Below, piece after piece: positions 47,612 to 58,186 of a stretch of DNA of 64,000 nt. The number at the start of each line of letters is the position of its first letter. The stretch's first letter is position 1. The position numbers and the translations under genes were made by a program. The DNA lies in NCBI GenBank assembly GCA_031458695.1, contig JAVKJW010000001.1, positions 128,001 to 192,000 of the forward strand, written 5' to 3'. The notes below the pieces were generated by a model. It was given only the letters and a program-made list of their open reading frames with translations, searched no databases and was not told where the DNA came from. Source of the stretch: Candidatus Thermofontivivens primus (GTDB lineage Bacteria; Sysuimicrobiota; Sysuimicrobiia; Sysuimicrobiales; Thermofontiviventaceae).

Positions 47612-47689
47612 GGGGGCGTGGTGTAGCCTGGTCAACACACCTGCCTGTCACGCAGGAGATCGCGGGTTCAAATCCCGTCGCTCCCGCCA
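47612..47689 (+). tRNA. tRNA-Asp(GTC)
   Basis: Acceptor GGGGGCG/CGCTCCC, anticodon arm CCTGC-CTGTCAC-GCAGG, T loop GGTTCAAATCC, encoded G-CCA end. Confidence 0.97.
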
Positions 47690-47901
47690 CTTCCTCTGCT
47701 CTCATCCCCTTAGGTCCTGGCCTCTCTGTTCCCTTTCCATTCCATACCCCATATGCGAGATGCGAGCTATCTGTCGGTGGGGTTCCTGAACTCACCCCCA
47801 AAAACCATAGAGGCGGAGAGGGTCTCCCTCTGAGCGGACTTGATGAGGTCTCTTCTTAGGACACGATATCGTGCCTTCGTGGGCGCATAAGGTGGAGATT
47901 C

Positions 47902-47985
47902 AGTACCCCGGCATAAGTCTTTTGACTTTTCCGGGGGCCCCTCTTGAAATCACGCGGTCCTCAGTAAAATCTTAATAAAAGATTA
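47902..47985. repeat. Near-full copy of the REP-like double-hairpin element
   Basis: AGTACCCCGGCATAAGTCTTTTGACTTTTCCGGGGGCCCCTCTTGAAAT...CTCAGTAAAATCTT; same orientation as the 47291 copy. Confidence 0.8.
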
Positions 47986-47992
47986 CCACTAG

Positions 47993-48026
47993 ACAGTTGA
48001 CATGACAGGTGTAAACCCCATAGAAT
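47993..48026 (+). promoter_or_regulatory. niaX promoter with a NiaR-type operator over the -35
   Basis: ACAGTTGACATGACAGGTGT pseudo-palindrome (ACA..TGTC..GACA..TGT type); TTGACA-18-TAGAAT. Confidence 0.65.
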
Positions 48027-48062
48027 GGCTACGGAATCTCTCTGCGGGAGGAGGGGAATCCT

Positions 48063-48563
48063 GTGCGACCAAAGGAAATTGCCCTCGGTGGCCTGCTGAC
48101 AGCTTTTGCTCTGCTCATCCCCTTGGCGTTTCGGGGAACCTTCCTGCAGTTTTATATCCCTGCCATCGCATATTCTGCTACGTTCGCCTCACACGTTCCC
48201 TCGATGCTCGCTATGCTCATAAGTCCCGCGGTCGCTGCCCTTGTAGGCCTAGGGTCAACCCTAGGCTTCTTGGTCACCCTCGGGCCCGTGATCGCTGCCA
48301 GAGCGTTCATTCATACGATTTGGGGAGTGGTGGGGGCGGAAATGGTGCGAAGAGGGAGGTCGCTTCTCGCTGCCCTCATCGTGGCACTTCCAATCCACGC
48401 AATCGGGGAAGGTGTAGTGGTCTGGCTTCTTGGACCGGGATTCCAGGCGGGGCTCTTCGTCGCCGCGGGGACGGTCATCCACCATGTGATCGACTCCGTC
48501 ATTACCTTGGCATTAGCCAGGCTGCTTGCACCAGTTCTTGCTCTGCACGAGCGGGCGGCCTAG
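48063..48563 (+). CDS. niaX: ECF transporter S component, niacin-specific NiaX type
   Basis: GLLTAFALLIP, SATFASHVP, GPVIAARA, IHAIGE, GTVIHHVID; convergent with niaR. Confidence 0.8.
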   Translation: MRPKEIALGGLLTAFALLIPLAFRGTFLQFYIPAIAYSATFASHVPSMLAMLISPAVAALVGLGSTLGFLVTLGPVIAARAFIHTIWGVVGAEMVRRGRSLLAALIVALPIHAIGEGVVVWLLGPGFQAGLFVAAGTVIHHVIDSVITLALARLLAPVLALHERAA

Positions 48564-49159
48564 GGGGTCTCTCTCTCCTTGCTCTCAACGAGGTATCCCT
48601 TCTCCCTCAAGGCTTTCCGGACGCGGCCTAGGATCTCCAGGGAGGGCGCTTCAATGGTGTGATAGTGAACCCCTCTGGTGAGAGAGGAGAGAGGCTCGGC
48701 GTTGGTCTTCGCCATGGATTCGAGAAAAGCGCGCACGTCCTCTCGCGTGCGGATCAGGAGTGTCCCTCTGAGCTCCCCGTAAAGGGGATGCTCTACCACC
48801 ACGTCCACGACTGTTCCCCCGCAGTCCACGATGGTGTTGAGCTCGTCCTCAATCTGACCCTTGGTGTGTTTGACCAGCACCACATCGGTATACATCCCCG
48901 TCCGTTGCAGCAGGAGGTACCCTTGGAGTGTTGCGAGGATGGGATGCCCTGCGGTCCTCAGGTGGGCGATATCTTGAACAATCACTTGGCGGGTAACACC
49001 AAGGCGTTCTGCAAGGTCGGCGCCAGTAATGGGACCGGAGGCGCTTCGGAGAATCGCGAGGAGTTGCCCACGCCGCTCCTCAGGGGAGCGGGGTACCTCG
49101 GTTCTTCCTTGCCGCTGCACGGGACGGGTCTCCGAAGGTCCATCCCCAAAGGGATTCAT
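48560..49159 (-). CDS. niaR: Niacin-responsive repressor (HTH_11 + 3H domain)
   Basis: GVTRQVIVQDIA, VEHPLYG, LSSLTRGVHYH. Confidence 0.9.
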   Translation of the reverse strand: MNPFGDGPSETRPVQRQGRTEVPRSPEERRGQLLAILRSASGPITGADLAERLGVTRQVIVQDIAHLRTAGHPILATLQGYLLLQRTGMYTDVVLVKHTKGQIEDELNTIVDCGGTVVDVVVEHPLYGELRGTLLIRTREDVRAFLESMAKTNAEPLSSLTRGVHYHTIEAPSLEILGRVRKALREKGYLVESKERETP

Positions 49160-49178
49160 GAGGCAACCCCCGTGCTCG

Positions 49179-51083
49179 CTACGTTGATGCTTCGGGCTTA
49201 AGAGCTGGTTTCATCACTCCAGGTTCCGGACGAGGTGCCGGTTCTGCTTTCGCCTCCGGAACCCGGGCGGGCGCTGCGGGGTGTTCTGGTGCCTCAGCTT
49301 GCGGTTGTTCCTCGAGGAGGCGCGTAAGTTCCTCTCCCTCCAGGCTCTCCTTTTCCAGTAGGGCGGTGGCCACGCGCTCGAGCTTGTCGCGGTTCTCCGT
49401 GAGGATGCGCTTGGCCTTCTCGTAGCACTCATCCACGATGCGGCGGACCTCCTGGTCGATCTGGAAGGCGATCTCCTCGCTGTAGTTACGTGTCTCCACG
49501 AGATCCCGACCGAGGAAGACGGGGCCGTGGCGCTTTCCCAGGCTGAGGGGACCGAGCTTCTCGCTCATCCCGTACTCGGTGACCATCTTGCGGGCGAGCT
49601 CGGTCACCTGCTCGAAGTCGTTCTGAGCCCCTGTGGTGACCTCCCCAAAGACGATCTCCTCGGCCACCCGCCCTCCCAGGGCCTGGGTGATCTTGTCCAG
49701 GAGCTCGCTCTTGGTGTAGGTGTACTTGTCCTCAGGAGGGGCAGAGATGACGTAGCCCAGAGCCATCCCCCGGGGGAGGATGGTGACCTTGTGCGGTGGA
49801 TCGGCATGGGGGAGGAGCTTCCCCAGGACAGCGTGTCCGGCTTCGTGGTAGGCGGCGAGCTGGCGCTCGCGCTGGCTGAGGATGCGGCTCTTGCGCTGGG
49901 GCCCGGCGATCACCCGCTCAATGGCCTCCTCGAACTCGCTCATGGTGATCTTCTTCTTGTTGCGCCGGGCCGCCAGCAGCGCAGCCTCGTTGACCATGTT
50001 GGCGATGTCTGCCCCGGAGAAGCCAGGGGTGCGCTTGGCCAAGAGATCGAGGTCCACATCCTCGGCGAGGGGTTTACCCCGCACGTGGACGCCCAGGATG
50101 GCCCGGCGTCCCTTGGTGTCGGGGTTGTCCACGACGATGCGCCGGTCGAACCGTCCAGGCCGCAGCAGGGCCGGGTCTAAGATGTCCGGCCGGTTGGTGG
50201 CGGCGATGACGATGATCCCGGCGTTGGGATCAAACCCATCCATCTCCACGAGGAGTTGGTTTAAGGTCTGCTCCCGCTCGTCGTGGCCTCCTCCGAGCCC
50301 TGCCCCCCTCTGGCGCCCCACAGCATCGATCTCGTCGATGAACACGAGGCACGGGGCGTTCTTCTTGGCCTGGTCAAAGAGGTCCCGCACGCGGCTCGCC
50401 CCCACCCCCACGAACATCTCCACGAACTCCGAGCCGCTGATGCTGAAGAAGGGAACCCCGGCCTCCCCAGCGATGGCCTTGGCCAGCAGGGTCTTCCCAG
50501 AACCCGGAGGCCCCACGAGCAGAACTCCCCGTGGGATCTTCGCCCCAAGCGCTTGGAACTTCTTCGGGTACTTCAGGAACTCGATGATCTCCTGCAGCTC
50601 CTCTTTGGCCTCGTCCACCCCGGCGACGTCGTCAAAGGTGACGCTCGGCCGGTTCTCGAGATAGATCCTTGCCCGGCTCTTCCCGAAGGACATCGCCTGG
50701 TTCCCCCCGCTCTGGGCTTGGCGGAGCATGAGCATCCAGAGTCCCAGGAGGACGAAGGACGTAAGGAGAGTCGCGTGGGTGCTAGGCTCCCGATGCAGGC
50801 GAGGTCGCACACGAACTTGCACCCCCTTGGACAGGAGGAGCCTGAGATATGAAGCATCCTGAAAGACGGATACTCGGAAGCTCTGTCCATTGTGTAGTAC
50901 GCCGCTCACCGTGCCGTCACCGATGGTGACTTCCGCAACCTTCCCTGATTCGACGGCGCGGAGGAACCAGCTATAGGAAACCCTATCACCAAAATCCGTC
51001 CCTTCATAAAGCGGCCTAGTAAGGTACCCCAGGGCCAACAAGAGGAGCAACCAGATCATCACTTGTTCAGGAAATCGGCTCAT
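49179..51083 (-). CDS. ftsH: ATP-dependent zinc metalloprotease FtsH
   Basis: Two TM helices, [15 protein letters not shown] ([10 protein letters not shown]), HEAGH; start uncertain. Confidence 0.95.
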   Translation of the reverse strand: MSRFPEQVMIWLLLLLALGYLTRPLYEGTDFGDRVSYSWFLRAVESGKVAEVTIGDGTVSGVLHNGQSFRVSVFQDASYLRLLLSKGVQVRVRPRLHREPSTHATLLTSFVLLGLWMLMLRQAQSGGNQAMSFGKSRARIYLENRPSVTFDDVAGVDEAKEELQEIIEFLKYPKKFQALGAKIPRGVLLVGPPGSGKTLLAKAIAGEAGVPFFSISGSEFVEMFVGVGASRVRDLFDQAKKNAPCLVFIDEIDAVGRQRGAGLGGGHDEREQTLNQLLVEMDGFDPNAGIIVIAATNRPDILDPALLRPGRFDRRIVVDNPDTKGRRAILGVHVRGKPLAEDVDLDLLAKRTPGFSGADIANMVNEAALLAARRNKKKITMSEFEEAIERVIAGPQRKSRILSQRERQLAAYHEAGHAVLGKLLPHADPPHKVTILPRGMALGYVISAPPEDKYTYTKSELLDKITQALGGRVAEEIVFGEVTTGAQNDFEQVTELARKMVTEYGMSEKLGPLSLGKRHGPVFLGRDLVETRNYSEEIAFQIDQEVRRIVDECYEKAKRILTENRDKLERVATALLEKESLEGEELTRLLEEQPQAEAPEHPAAPARVPEAKAEPAPRPEPGVMKPALKPEAST

Positions 51084-51249
51084 TCCATGGACATGGTACC
51101 TCTTGGAACAAGACAGCTCCAATCGGTTCGGCAACGGAATCTCCTGACTAAAACGGACTAGTACGTATGGAAAATTTCTCTCCGGTATGGAGAAGACGCC
51201 ATCCGTTCGGCATCCTACGGAGGACCTTGGGAAGTAGCGCGCTGCGGTG

Positions 51250-52467
51250 CTACTCGTACCGGAGGGCTACGATGGGGTCAAGCGCAGCCGCGCGCTGAGC
51301 GGGGTAAAGACCGGAGAAGATCCCTACAGCTGCAGCAAACCCGATGGCCATGACCAGGGACCACGCAGAAGTCTGGGTGGCCCACCCGGCCAGCCTCGTG
51401 ATGGCCAAGCTCCCAGCAATCCCCAGGATCACACCGATCAGGCTACCGGCCAGGCTCAAGAGAACAGATTCGACCAGGAACTGGAGCATGATATCCCGCT
51501 GCGTAGCCCCTACGGCTTTGCGAATCCCAATCTCCCGGGTACGTTCGGTCACCGAGACCAGCATAATATTCATGATCCCGATGCCGCCGACCAGAAGGGA
51601 GACTGCCGCGATGCTCCCGAGTAAAAGGGTCATTGTACGGGTCACGCCGGTCACCGCGCTGACGATGTCCGCCTGGTTCCGGATAGTGAAGTCACTCTCG
51701 GATTCCGGTCCGAGCCGATGGCGAGCTCGCAACAGAGCTTCTACTTTTTCTTGGACAAGATCCATCTCCTCCGCGTTGCGCACCTTCACATAGATCGTCC
51801 CCACGTGGCGCACACCAAACAGCCGGCGTTGCGCGGTGGTCAGGGGGACGAACACCACGTCGTCGCGATCCTGGAATCCTGTGGCTCCCTTCTCCTCCAT
51901 TACCCCGATCACGGTGAAACTCTGACGGTTGATCTTGACAGTCGCCCCGAGGGGAACAGCATTCCGGTCCCCGAAGAGGTTTTCGACCACCGTCTTCCCT
52001 AGGACAGCCACGCGGGCGCGCGAAGACATGTCGGCGTCAGTAAAGAAGCTCCCTGCCTCGACAAAAGAGTTGCGCACCTCCTGGTAGGAAGGGGTCACTC
52101 CGGAGATCCGCGTGTTCGTGTTCTGTGCGCCATACACGACTTGGCCCGATCTCGTGAACTCCGCAGTGACCGCCTCCACTTCAGGGATCTCCTGGGCAAT
52201 GGCCTCGGCATCTTCCCACTTCAGCGTCTGGGCGGATTCGGCCTGCCGCACGCCGAACTGGCCCACACTCCCAGGGAACACAATGAGGAGGTTGCTTCCC
52301 AGGGACTGGATCTGTTCGGTGACGCTCCGGCGGGCTCCCTGGCCGAGGCTCACCATGGTCACCACTGCTGCCACACCGATGGTTACCCCGAGGATGGAGA
52401 GGGCAGAGCGGAGCTTGTTTGTGGCCATAGCCCGCAGGGCTGTCTGGATGCTGCTCAGGAGCGTCAT
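51250..52467 (-). CDS. MacB/FtsX-like ABC transporter permease
   Basis: [37 protein letters not shown] end. Confidence 0.92.
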   Translation of the reverse strand: MTLLSSIQTALRAMATNKLRSALSILGVTIGVAAVVTMVSLGQGARRSVTEQIQSLGSNLLIVFPGSVGQFGVRQAESAQTLKWEDAEAIAQEIPEVEAVTAEFTRSGQVVYGAQNTNTRISGVTPSYQEVRNSFVEAGSFFTDADMSSRARVAVLGKTVVENLFGDRNAVPLGATVKINRQSFTVIGVMEEKGATGFQDRDDVVFVPLTTAQRRLFGVRHVGTIYVKVRNAEEMDLVQEKVEALLRARHRLGPESESDFTIRNQADIVSAVTGVTRTMTLLLGSIAAVSLLVGGIGIMNIMLVSVTERTREIGIRKAVGATQRDIMLQFLVESVLLSLAGSLIGVILGIAGSLAITRLAGWATQTSAWSLVMAIGFAAAVGIFSGLYPAQRAAALDPIVALRYE

Positions 52468-53183
52468 CGCAGGATTCCCTCCCCGGCCATGCGAAGGATA
52501 CGGCGGTGGCGAATGGCCTCTTGGCCTTCGATGCGCCCGTCCCGAAACCGGATAAGGCGCGTGGCACAGGCGGCGACATCAGGGTCATGGGTCACCAGGA
52601 TGATGGTGATGCCCATTGCGTGGAGAGACTGCAACAGGGCGAGGATCTCTTCGCTCGTGTGCGAGTCCAGGTTTCCTGTGGGCTCGTCGGCGAGGATGAC
52701 GGCAGGATCTGTGACCAGGGCTCTTGCAATGGCGACCCGTTGTTGCTCCCCTCCAGAGAGCTGGGTGGGTAGGTGTCTCGCCCGCTCCTGAAGCCCCACT
52801 GCAGCTAGGGCCTCCAGGGCGCGTCTCCTCCGGTCGGGAGCACGTGCATAGAGCAGAGGGAGCTCTACATTTTCCAAGGCGGTGAGGCGGGGGAGGAGGT
52901 TAAAGTTCTGGAAGACGAACCCGATCTTGCGGTTGCGGATGCGGGCGAGCTGGACATCGTCGAGTTGGCTAACGTTCTGGCCCTCGAGCAGGTAGGTTCC
53001 TGAGGTAGGACGATCCAGGCATCCGATGAGATGGAGACAGGTGGACTTCCCGGATCCTGAGGGCCCCATGATCGCTACGAACTCCCCCTTCTCCACCTTC
53101 AAGTCGACGCCGGTGAGGGCGTGGACTTCCACGCTATCCATGCGGTAGACCTTCGTCACATTGTAGAGCTCGATGAGTGCCAC
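52464..53183 (-). CDS. MacB/LolD-type ABC ATP-binding protein
   Basis: [25 protein letters not shown]. Confidence 0.93.
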   Translation of the reverse strand: MALIELYNVTKVYRMDSVEVHALTGVDLKVEKGEFVAIMGPSGSGKSTCLHLIGCLDRPTSGTYLLEGQNVSQLDDVQLARIRNRKIGFVFQNFNLLPRLTALENVELPLLYARAPDRRRRALEALAAVGLQERARHLPTQLSGGEQQRVAIARALVTDPAVILADEPTGNLDSHTSEEILALLQSLHAMGITIILVTHDPDVAACATRLIRFRDGRIEGQEAIRHRRILRMAGEGILR

Positions 53184-53196
53184 AGATCTTCCCTCC

Positions 53197-54654
53197 TTAC
53201 CTGCGAGGACGGAATTGCGGCTGGAACGGGCTTGTCGGTCTCGCGGTGGGCGAGGAGCTCGAGCGCGCTGGTCCCAGGTAGACGGACTCTCCCTCCCGGA
53301 GGCCGGAGAGGATCTCCACGAACCTCCCGTCGCTGATGCCAGTTCGAACTGGCCGAGGGGTGAGCTTACCCTCCTGGACGACCATCACCACCTTCCGGTT
53401 CTCCCCACGCACGGCTTCTTGGGGGACGAGGAGCACATTGGAGCGGCGTGCCACGATGAACTCGGCATCCACAGTCATGCCTAGCTTGAGTCGGTTCTCG
53501 GGGTCCTCGATCCTCACAAGGACCGGATACTGGGTCACGTTTTGTTGCACGACAGGTTGTGGGGCGATCCGGAGGATCCGTCCCGTAAACTTCATCCCGG
53601 GGAGGGCATCTGCCGTGATCTCCACCTGGGCGGTTCTAGGAATCCTTGCGATATCGGTTTCGTCTACGTATACCTTCGCCAATGTCATAGAAACGTCAGC
53701 CAGGGTGATCACGGGCGTGCCGCCAGAGGTTCCGCCAATCACCGACTGGCCGATCTCTACCGAACGCTTCGCGACGATACCGGTGATGGGGGCGAGAATC
53801 CGCGTCTCCCCGAGCCTCTCTCGTGTCTGTCGGACAGAGGCTTCCGCAGACTGGACCTGAGCGCGGGCAGCCGCGACCTCCTGTTCCCGCAACTGCACCT
53901 GGAGCATCCCGTTTTGCGCTTCCGCGAGCTGGGCCTCTGCCTGGCGGACCTGCGCGCGCAGGACCTCGAGGTCATACTTCTGGGTTCCTGCCTTGACCTG
54001 GGCAAGGCGGGCCTGGGCAGCGCGCAGCTGGGCCTGTGCCACCTCAAACTGGTTCCGGGCCTGGTCGAGTTGGGCTTGGGAGATGAAGCCGCTGGCGAAG
54101 AGCTGCTCCTGACGGGAAAGGTTCTGCTTCGCCAGGTCTACCGCGGCTTCTGCCTGGCGGACCTGCTCCTCCGCCTGTGCGACATCTTCCGGTTGCGGCG
54201 CCGCGAGAGCTTGTGCGAGCCGGGCACGGGCCGCAGCGAGATTTGCCTCTGCTTGTTTGATGGCCGTTTCCACAGACGCGCGTTGCAGAGCGAGGGTTGC
54301 CTCTGCCTGGGCGAGCCTTGCCCGTGCTGCGGAGAGCTCCGCGAGGGCATTCTCCAAAGCTGAGCGGGCATCGGGATCGTCGATCTCCACGAGCACCTGC
54401 CCCTTCTCCACGCGGGTGCCTTCCTCCACGAAGACGGCTCGCACGATCCCAGTGGCACGAGAGCGGACGTCCACGATGGAAACCGGTTCCACTGTCCCCG
54501 TAGCCGAGACGCTGATCTGGAGGTCCCCGCGCGTCACTGCGAAGGTACGGAACTTGGGGGCTTCCCTCCGGTTCAGGAGCTGTCCTCGTACCGCTACAAT
54601 CGCCACAAGGACGATGGCAACAATCCCGGTGATCAGAATTATCCTGCGCTTCAT
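53197..54654 (-). CDS. Efflux periplasmic adaptor (MFP/HlyD family)
   Basis: N-terminal anchor, lipoyl halves ([20 protein letters not shown]) and a long coiled coil. Confidence 0.9.
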   Translation of the reverse strand: MKRRIILITGIVAIVLVAIVAVRGQLLNRREAPKFRTFAVTRGDLQISVSATGTVEPVSIVDVRSRATGIVRAVFVEEGTRVEKGQVLVEIDDPDARSALENALAELSAARARLAQAEATLALQRASVETAIKQAEANLAAARARLAQALAAPQPEDVAQAEEQVRQAEAAVDLAKQNLSRQEQLFASGFISQAQLDQARNQFEVAQAQLRAAQARLAQVKAGTQKYDLEVLRAQVRQAEAQLAEAQNGMLQVQLREQEVAAARAQVQSAEASVRQTRERLGETRILAPITGIVAKRSVEIGQSVIGGTSGGTPVITLADVSMTLAKVYVDETDIARIPRTAQVEITADALPGMKFTGRILRIAPQPVVQQNVTQYPVLVRIEDPENRLKLGMTVDAEFIVARRSNVLLVPQEAVRGENRKVVMVVQEGKLTPRPVRTGISDGRFVEILSGLREGESVYLGPARSSSSPTARPTSPFQPQFRPRR

Positions 54655-55970
54655 GTCGTCTCCCCCTGCGCGATGACAGGTTTTCCTAGGGCATGCTGGA
54701 GAGCGACCACGGCGAGGTAAAGATCATACCTTGCCTGCACGTGGGAGATCCTCGCCTGGGTTGCTGCCGTCTGAGCATCGAGTACTTCAAGAATGGTTCC
54801 TACTCCTGCCTGGTACCTCCCCTCGGCGACCCGCAACGACTCCTCCGCTGCTGCCACACTGGCTTGCACTGCAGCAAGGCGAGCCCTGGCCTCCCGGACG
54901 TTCACTGCAGCTTGGAACGCCTCAAGCTGGACCTGGCGCTTTATCTCTTCCATCCTGGCGATGGCACTAGCAAGGTTGGCCCTCGCTTCCTCTACTGCAG
55001 CTTTCGCCCTCCCGCCATCGAGAAGGGGGGAGGAGACCGTCGCAGATAAGGCCCACCCGACCTGCCCCGGGTTTGGGGAAATCTGCAGGACCAGGCCTGC
55101 ATCCACGGAGACCACCATCCCAGCCCGGATCTCGGCGATGCGTAAGGCAGCTTGCGCGCTTTTGACCTCGGCGGCGGCGCGGCGGACCTCTGGCCTGCCG
55201 GAGAGGGCCAGTGCGGCCGCCTCTGTCGGCGTAACCTCTGGAATCACGGGCTCCCTTGGAGTGGCTACCTGGATTTCCTGAGTCAGCGGAAGGTTCAAGG
55301 CGCTGCGGAGCGAGGCCAGGGCAATCTCCACTTGGCCTCGTGCAGCCACCAGATCGGCCTCCGCGCTTGCTGCCGCTGCTTGGGCCTTGATGACGTCAGC
55401 GCGCGCCGTCGTGCCGGCCCGGAAGAAGGCCTCGGCCTGCTCCACCTGCTTTTGAGCAAACCGGAGGGCGGCCGCCCGAACCTCGACGAGGCCCATCGTC
55501 TGGAGGGCCTGGAAGTACGCTCTTGCAGCTGCCAGCAGGACGTCCTGCCGCGCCGCCTCTAGGGCAGCCTGCGCCGCTTCGACTGCCGACTCTGCCTGGG
55601 CCACCTGGAGCGCCGTGATCCCTCCATCGAAGACCGGCACCGAAGCCTCAAGGGCAACGCTGTGGGAGAAGGTAGCGGAGCCGCCCGTCGGGGTCCCCTG
55701 CGCCAGCGTCCCGTAGGCTGCCCTGCCGTTCAGGCTCACCTGGACTGCGCTCCCTGCCCTCGCTTGGATGAGGCGTGCGCGCGCGGCATCGAGGGCCCGC
55801 GCGGCCGCCACCACCGAGGGATGACGGTCAACTGCCAAGAGTAACGATTCCAGGGTGATCACCGTGGGCGCCTGCGCCGTGGATGGGGGTGGGAGAAGCA
55901 GGGAAAGGGAGGTGACAAAACTCACAACGATGAGGGCTGTACACACAGATCTCCTCATGATCCTCCTCAC
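54651..55970 (-). CDS. TolC family outer-membrane efflux protein
   Basis: Signal peptide, PVFDGG / PLLDGG repeats, RYQAGVGTILEVLDAQ. Confidence 0.9.
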   Translation of the reverse strand: MRRIMRRSVCTALIVVSFVTSLSLLLPPPSTAQAPTVITLESLLLAVDRHPSVVAAARALDAARARLIQARAGSAVQVSLNGRAAYGTLAQGTPTGGSATFSHSVALEASVPVFDGGITALQVAQAESAVEAAQAALEAARQDVLLAAARAYFQALQTMGLVEVRAAALRFAQKQVEQAEAFFRAGTTARADVIKAQAAAASAEADLVAARGQVEIALASLRSALNLPLTQEIQVATPREPVIPEVTPTEAAALALSGRPEVRRAAAEVKSAQAALRIAEIRAGMVVSVDAGLVLQISPNPGQVGWALSATVSSPLLDGGRAKAAVEEARANLASAIARMEEIKRQVQLEAFQAAVNVREARARLAAVQASVAAAEESLRVAEGRYQAGVGTILEVLDAQTAATQARISHVQARYDLYLAVVALQHALGKPVIAQGETT

Positions 55971-56074
55971 ACGATCACTCTCGGGTAGAGCCGGGATGCA
56001 ATGGCGACCAAGAAAGCGAGTGCCACAACCTGGACAGTCAGGTCGAAAGTTTCCACGGCCATCTCAGCAGGCAT
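55967..56074 (-). CDS. Putative 35-aa single-TM peptide coupled to marR and tolC
   Basis: MPAEMAVETFDLTVQVVALAFLVAIASRLYPRVIV; start overlaps the marR stop, and the stop overlaps the tolC GTG (GTGA). Confidence 0.45.
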   Translation of the reverse strand: MPAEMAVETFDLTVQVVALAFLVAIASRLYPRVIV

Positions 56075-56555
56075 CCTTTCCTTCCTCCTCGCGGAACAAG
56101 TTCCCCAGGAGCTGCATTCCTGCATGGATGCGCCGAAGGTCCGATGGGGGAAGCCGCTTGAGATTCTCCCGGACGCGGGCACGGATAGCTTCCTGCACCT
56201 GCTGCATCATGTGCGTTCCCTTTTCGGTCAGGGTGAGTGTGATCCGCCGTCTCTCCCTTTGGTCCACCACACGCTTCATGAGACCGCGCTGCACCAAGCG
56301 CTCGACGAGCGCGGAGGCCGTGGGTGGAGTGACACCAAGGTGGCCGGCGAGGTTGGAGAGCGACGTGCCTGGGTGACGGTACACGTACCCGAGGGCACGG
56401 AGCTGCGGAACAGAAAGGGGAGCGGCGAACTTGCGCATCTCCCGGCGGAAGAACCGCATCACGATGGGTACCGTCTCGGTGATCTCGCTGGTGCAGCGGT
56501 CGAGGAGCGGACCCGCGGAGGTTACGCGAACTTGTAGACGGCGCGTTCTCGCCAT
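56064..56555 (-). CDS. MarR family transcriptional regulator
   Basis: LSVPQLRAL, LGVTPPTASALVERLVQRGL, ERRRITLTLTEKG. Confidence 0.9.
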   Translation of the reverse strand: MARTRRLQVRVTSAGPLLDRCTSEITETVPIVMRFFRREMRKFAAPLSVPQLRALGYVYRHPGTSLSNLAGHLGVTPPTASALVERLVQRGLMKRVVDQRERRRITLTLTEKGTHMMQQVQEAIRARVRENLKRLPPSDLRRIHAGMQLLGNLFREEEGKDAC

Positions 56556-56556
56556 A

Positions 56557-56585
56557 TTAGATCTACAAAGTATTTGTAGAGCTAA
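56557..56585. promoter_or_regulatory. MarR-type operator palindrome
   Basis: TTAGATCTACAAA-gta-TTTGTAGAGCTAA (12/13 match), 1 bp from the marR ATG. Confidence 0.8.
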
Positions 56586-56614
56586 CATTCACCCTACCAC
56601 ATGCCCGCAGGGGA

Positions 56615-57220
56615 TGTCAACCTCCCGAGTTGCCTCACAAAAAAGGTACTCGAAATCGATTCGTTGCCTCAAAATAGAAAGGTATCCGAAGGAAACTTGC
56701 CTATCATGCCTCGAAAAGGGGGTCATCCCATGACCCCAAGGGAGGTAGGCAAGATGCCGCTGAGTTTTCGCGAGAGGCAAGCGGTGCTCCATGAGCTCGC
56801 ACAACGGTACCAAACCGCCAGCAAGAAAGAAAAGGGCAGGATTCTGGATCAGGCTGAAGAACTCCTCGGTCTTAACCGCTGCTCTGCGGTCCGTGCATTG
56901 CGGCGGGTTGCTCGAGAGGGAAGGAGGAAAGCCCGACTCCCCCTCCGAAGCCGACTGGGGCGCAAGCCGCTCTATGACGAAGAGGTGAAAGAGGCCCTCC
57001 GCCGCGTGTGGGCCGCCACCATCGACCGCCTCCTCGCTCCTGAGCGCAAACGTCTACAGATCAAAGGCCGCTCAGGGACTAAACCAGGGACCTTACTCAA
57101 GCAGAGCATCCCCATTAAAACTTTTGCCGAGTGGGATGACGCCTCCCCAGGGTTCCTGGAGGTGGACCTAGTGGCCCACGATGGCGGAAATCCCTGCGGG
57201 GACTACGCCCAAACTCTGGA
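56615..57220 (+). mobile_element. Insertion sequence remnant (left end + deleted integrase-core DDE transposase)
   Basis: TGTCAA terminus, two subterminal direct repeats GTTGCCTCA...AAAGGTA..CGAA (56629, 56663). The ORF from 56754 has ASKKEKGRILD, AATIDRLL, TKPGTLLK and PGFLEVDLVAH, and is truncated after AQTLD. Confidence 0.8.
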
Positions 57221-58186
57221 TACTGGGCCAATGGTACCTCCGTTCTCCCCATGGAAGATTACCCGCTCTTTGAACCGACCCGGCAGCGGTTCCGTATGCA
57301 GTGGCAGCGTGATCTCTTGGAGCTGCAGAAGGTGGCATCGGAGGTGTTGGCCCGCCTCGAGGCCGAGGGCCCGCTCCCGGCCCGCGCTTTTCGCTCCCCT
57401 CATCGGGTGCATGGTTTCTGGGACAACAAGTCACCCAAGACCAAGGCGACCTCCCATGTCCTTAACCTGTTGATGGACATTGGCGAGGTAGTTGTGTACC
57501 GCAAAGATCGTGAGCGTTATTTTACCTTGGCGCGACGGGCGATCCCGGCAGAGCTCCTGCGCCGGGCCGAGTCCATCGATCCAGACGAGGCCAACGCGGC
57601 CCGACTGGAGAGATACTTCCGTGCTTACCGGATCATCGACCTAGGTGATACCCGCTTTGGCTGGAGCCGCATGACCATGTCAGAGCGTATGGGAGCGATC
57701 CGACAGAGGATGGAAGCGGGCGAGATGGTGCCGCTGGCAGTGGAGGGAGTCCGCCGGCAGTATTTCCTTCTGGCGGAGGATTTGGATCGGCTGCAAGAAC
57801 ATCAGCGGACCACAACCAAGGTGCCGCCGGAGGGCCCAGTCCAATTCCTGCCCCCATTAGACAACCTGTTGTGGCGGCGGGAGCGCGTAGCCGATCTCTT
57901 TCGTTTCAACTACACCTGGGAAATCTACATGCGCCCAGAGAAGCGCCGCTACGGGTACTACGCCATGCCGATCCTCATGGGGGACCGTTTGATCGGCCGA
58001 ATCGACCCCAGGATGGACCGAGAACAGGACCGGCTGGTCATCTGTCTCCTGCAGCTTGAACCCTGGGTGAAGTTGAACCCGCGTCTCCTGCGGGCGTTGC
58101 GCCGTGAAGTGGAAAGTTTTGCCTCCCGCCATGGTGCCGAGGAGGTAGAGGTGATCCATACCGAGCCCAAGGGACTGAAGTTATAG
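57221..58186 (+). pseudogene. 5'-truncated YcaQ/AlkZ-like (HTH_42) DNA glycosylase
   Basis: The frame begins at YWANGTSVLPMEDYP right at the IS junction. It retains LPPLDNLLW, YTWEIY..PEKRRYGYY and LIGRID, but lacks the N-terminal part with the QxD/QxQ motif. Confidence 0.75.

Noticed and set aside
47612..58186. Genomic island integrated at tRNA-Asp
   Set aside because: No adjacent integrase, no direct repeat of the tRNA 3' end noticed, and the downstream genes are housekeeping.
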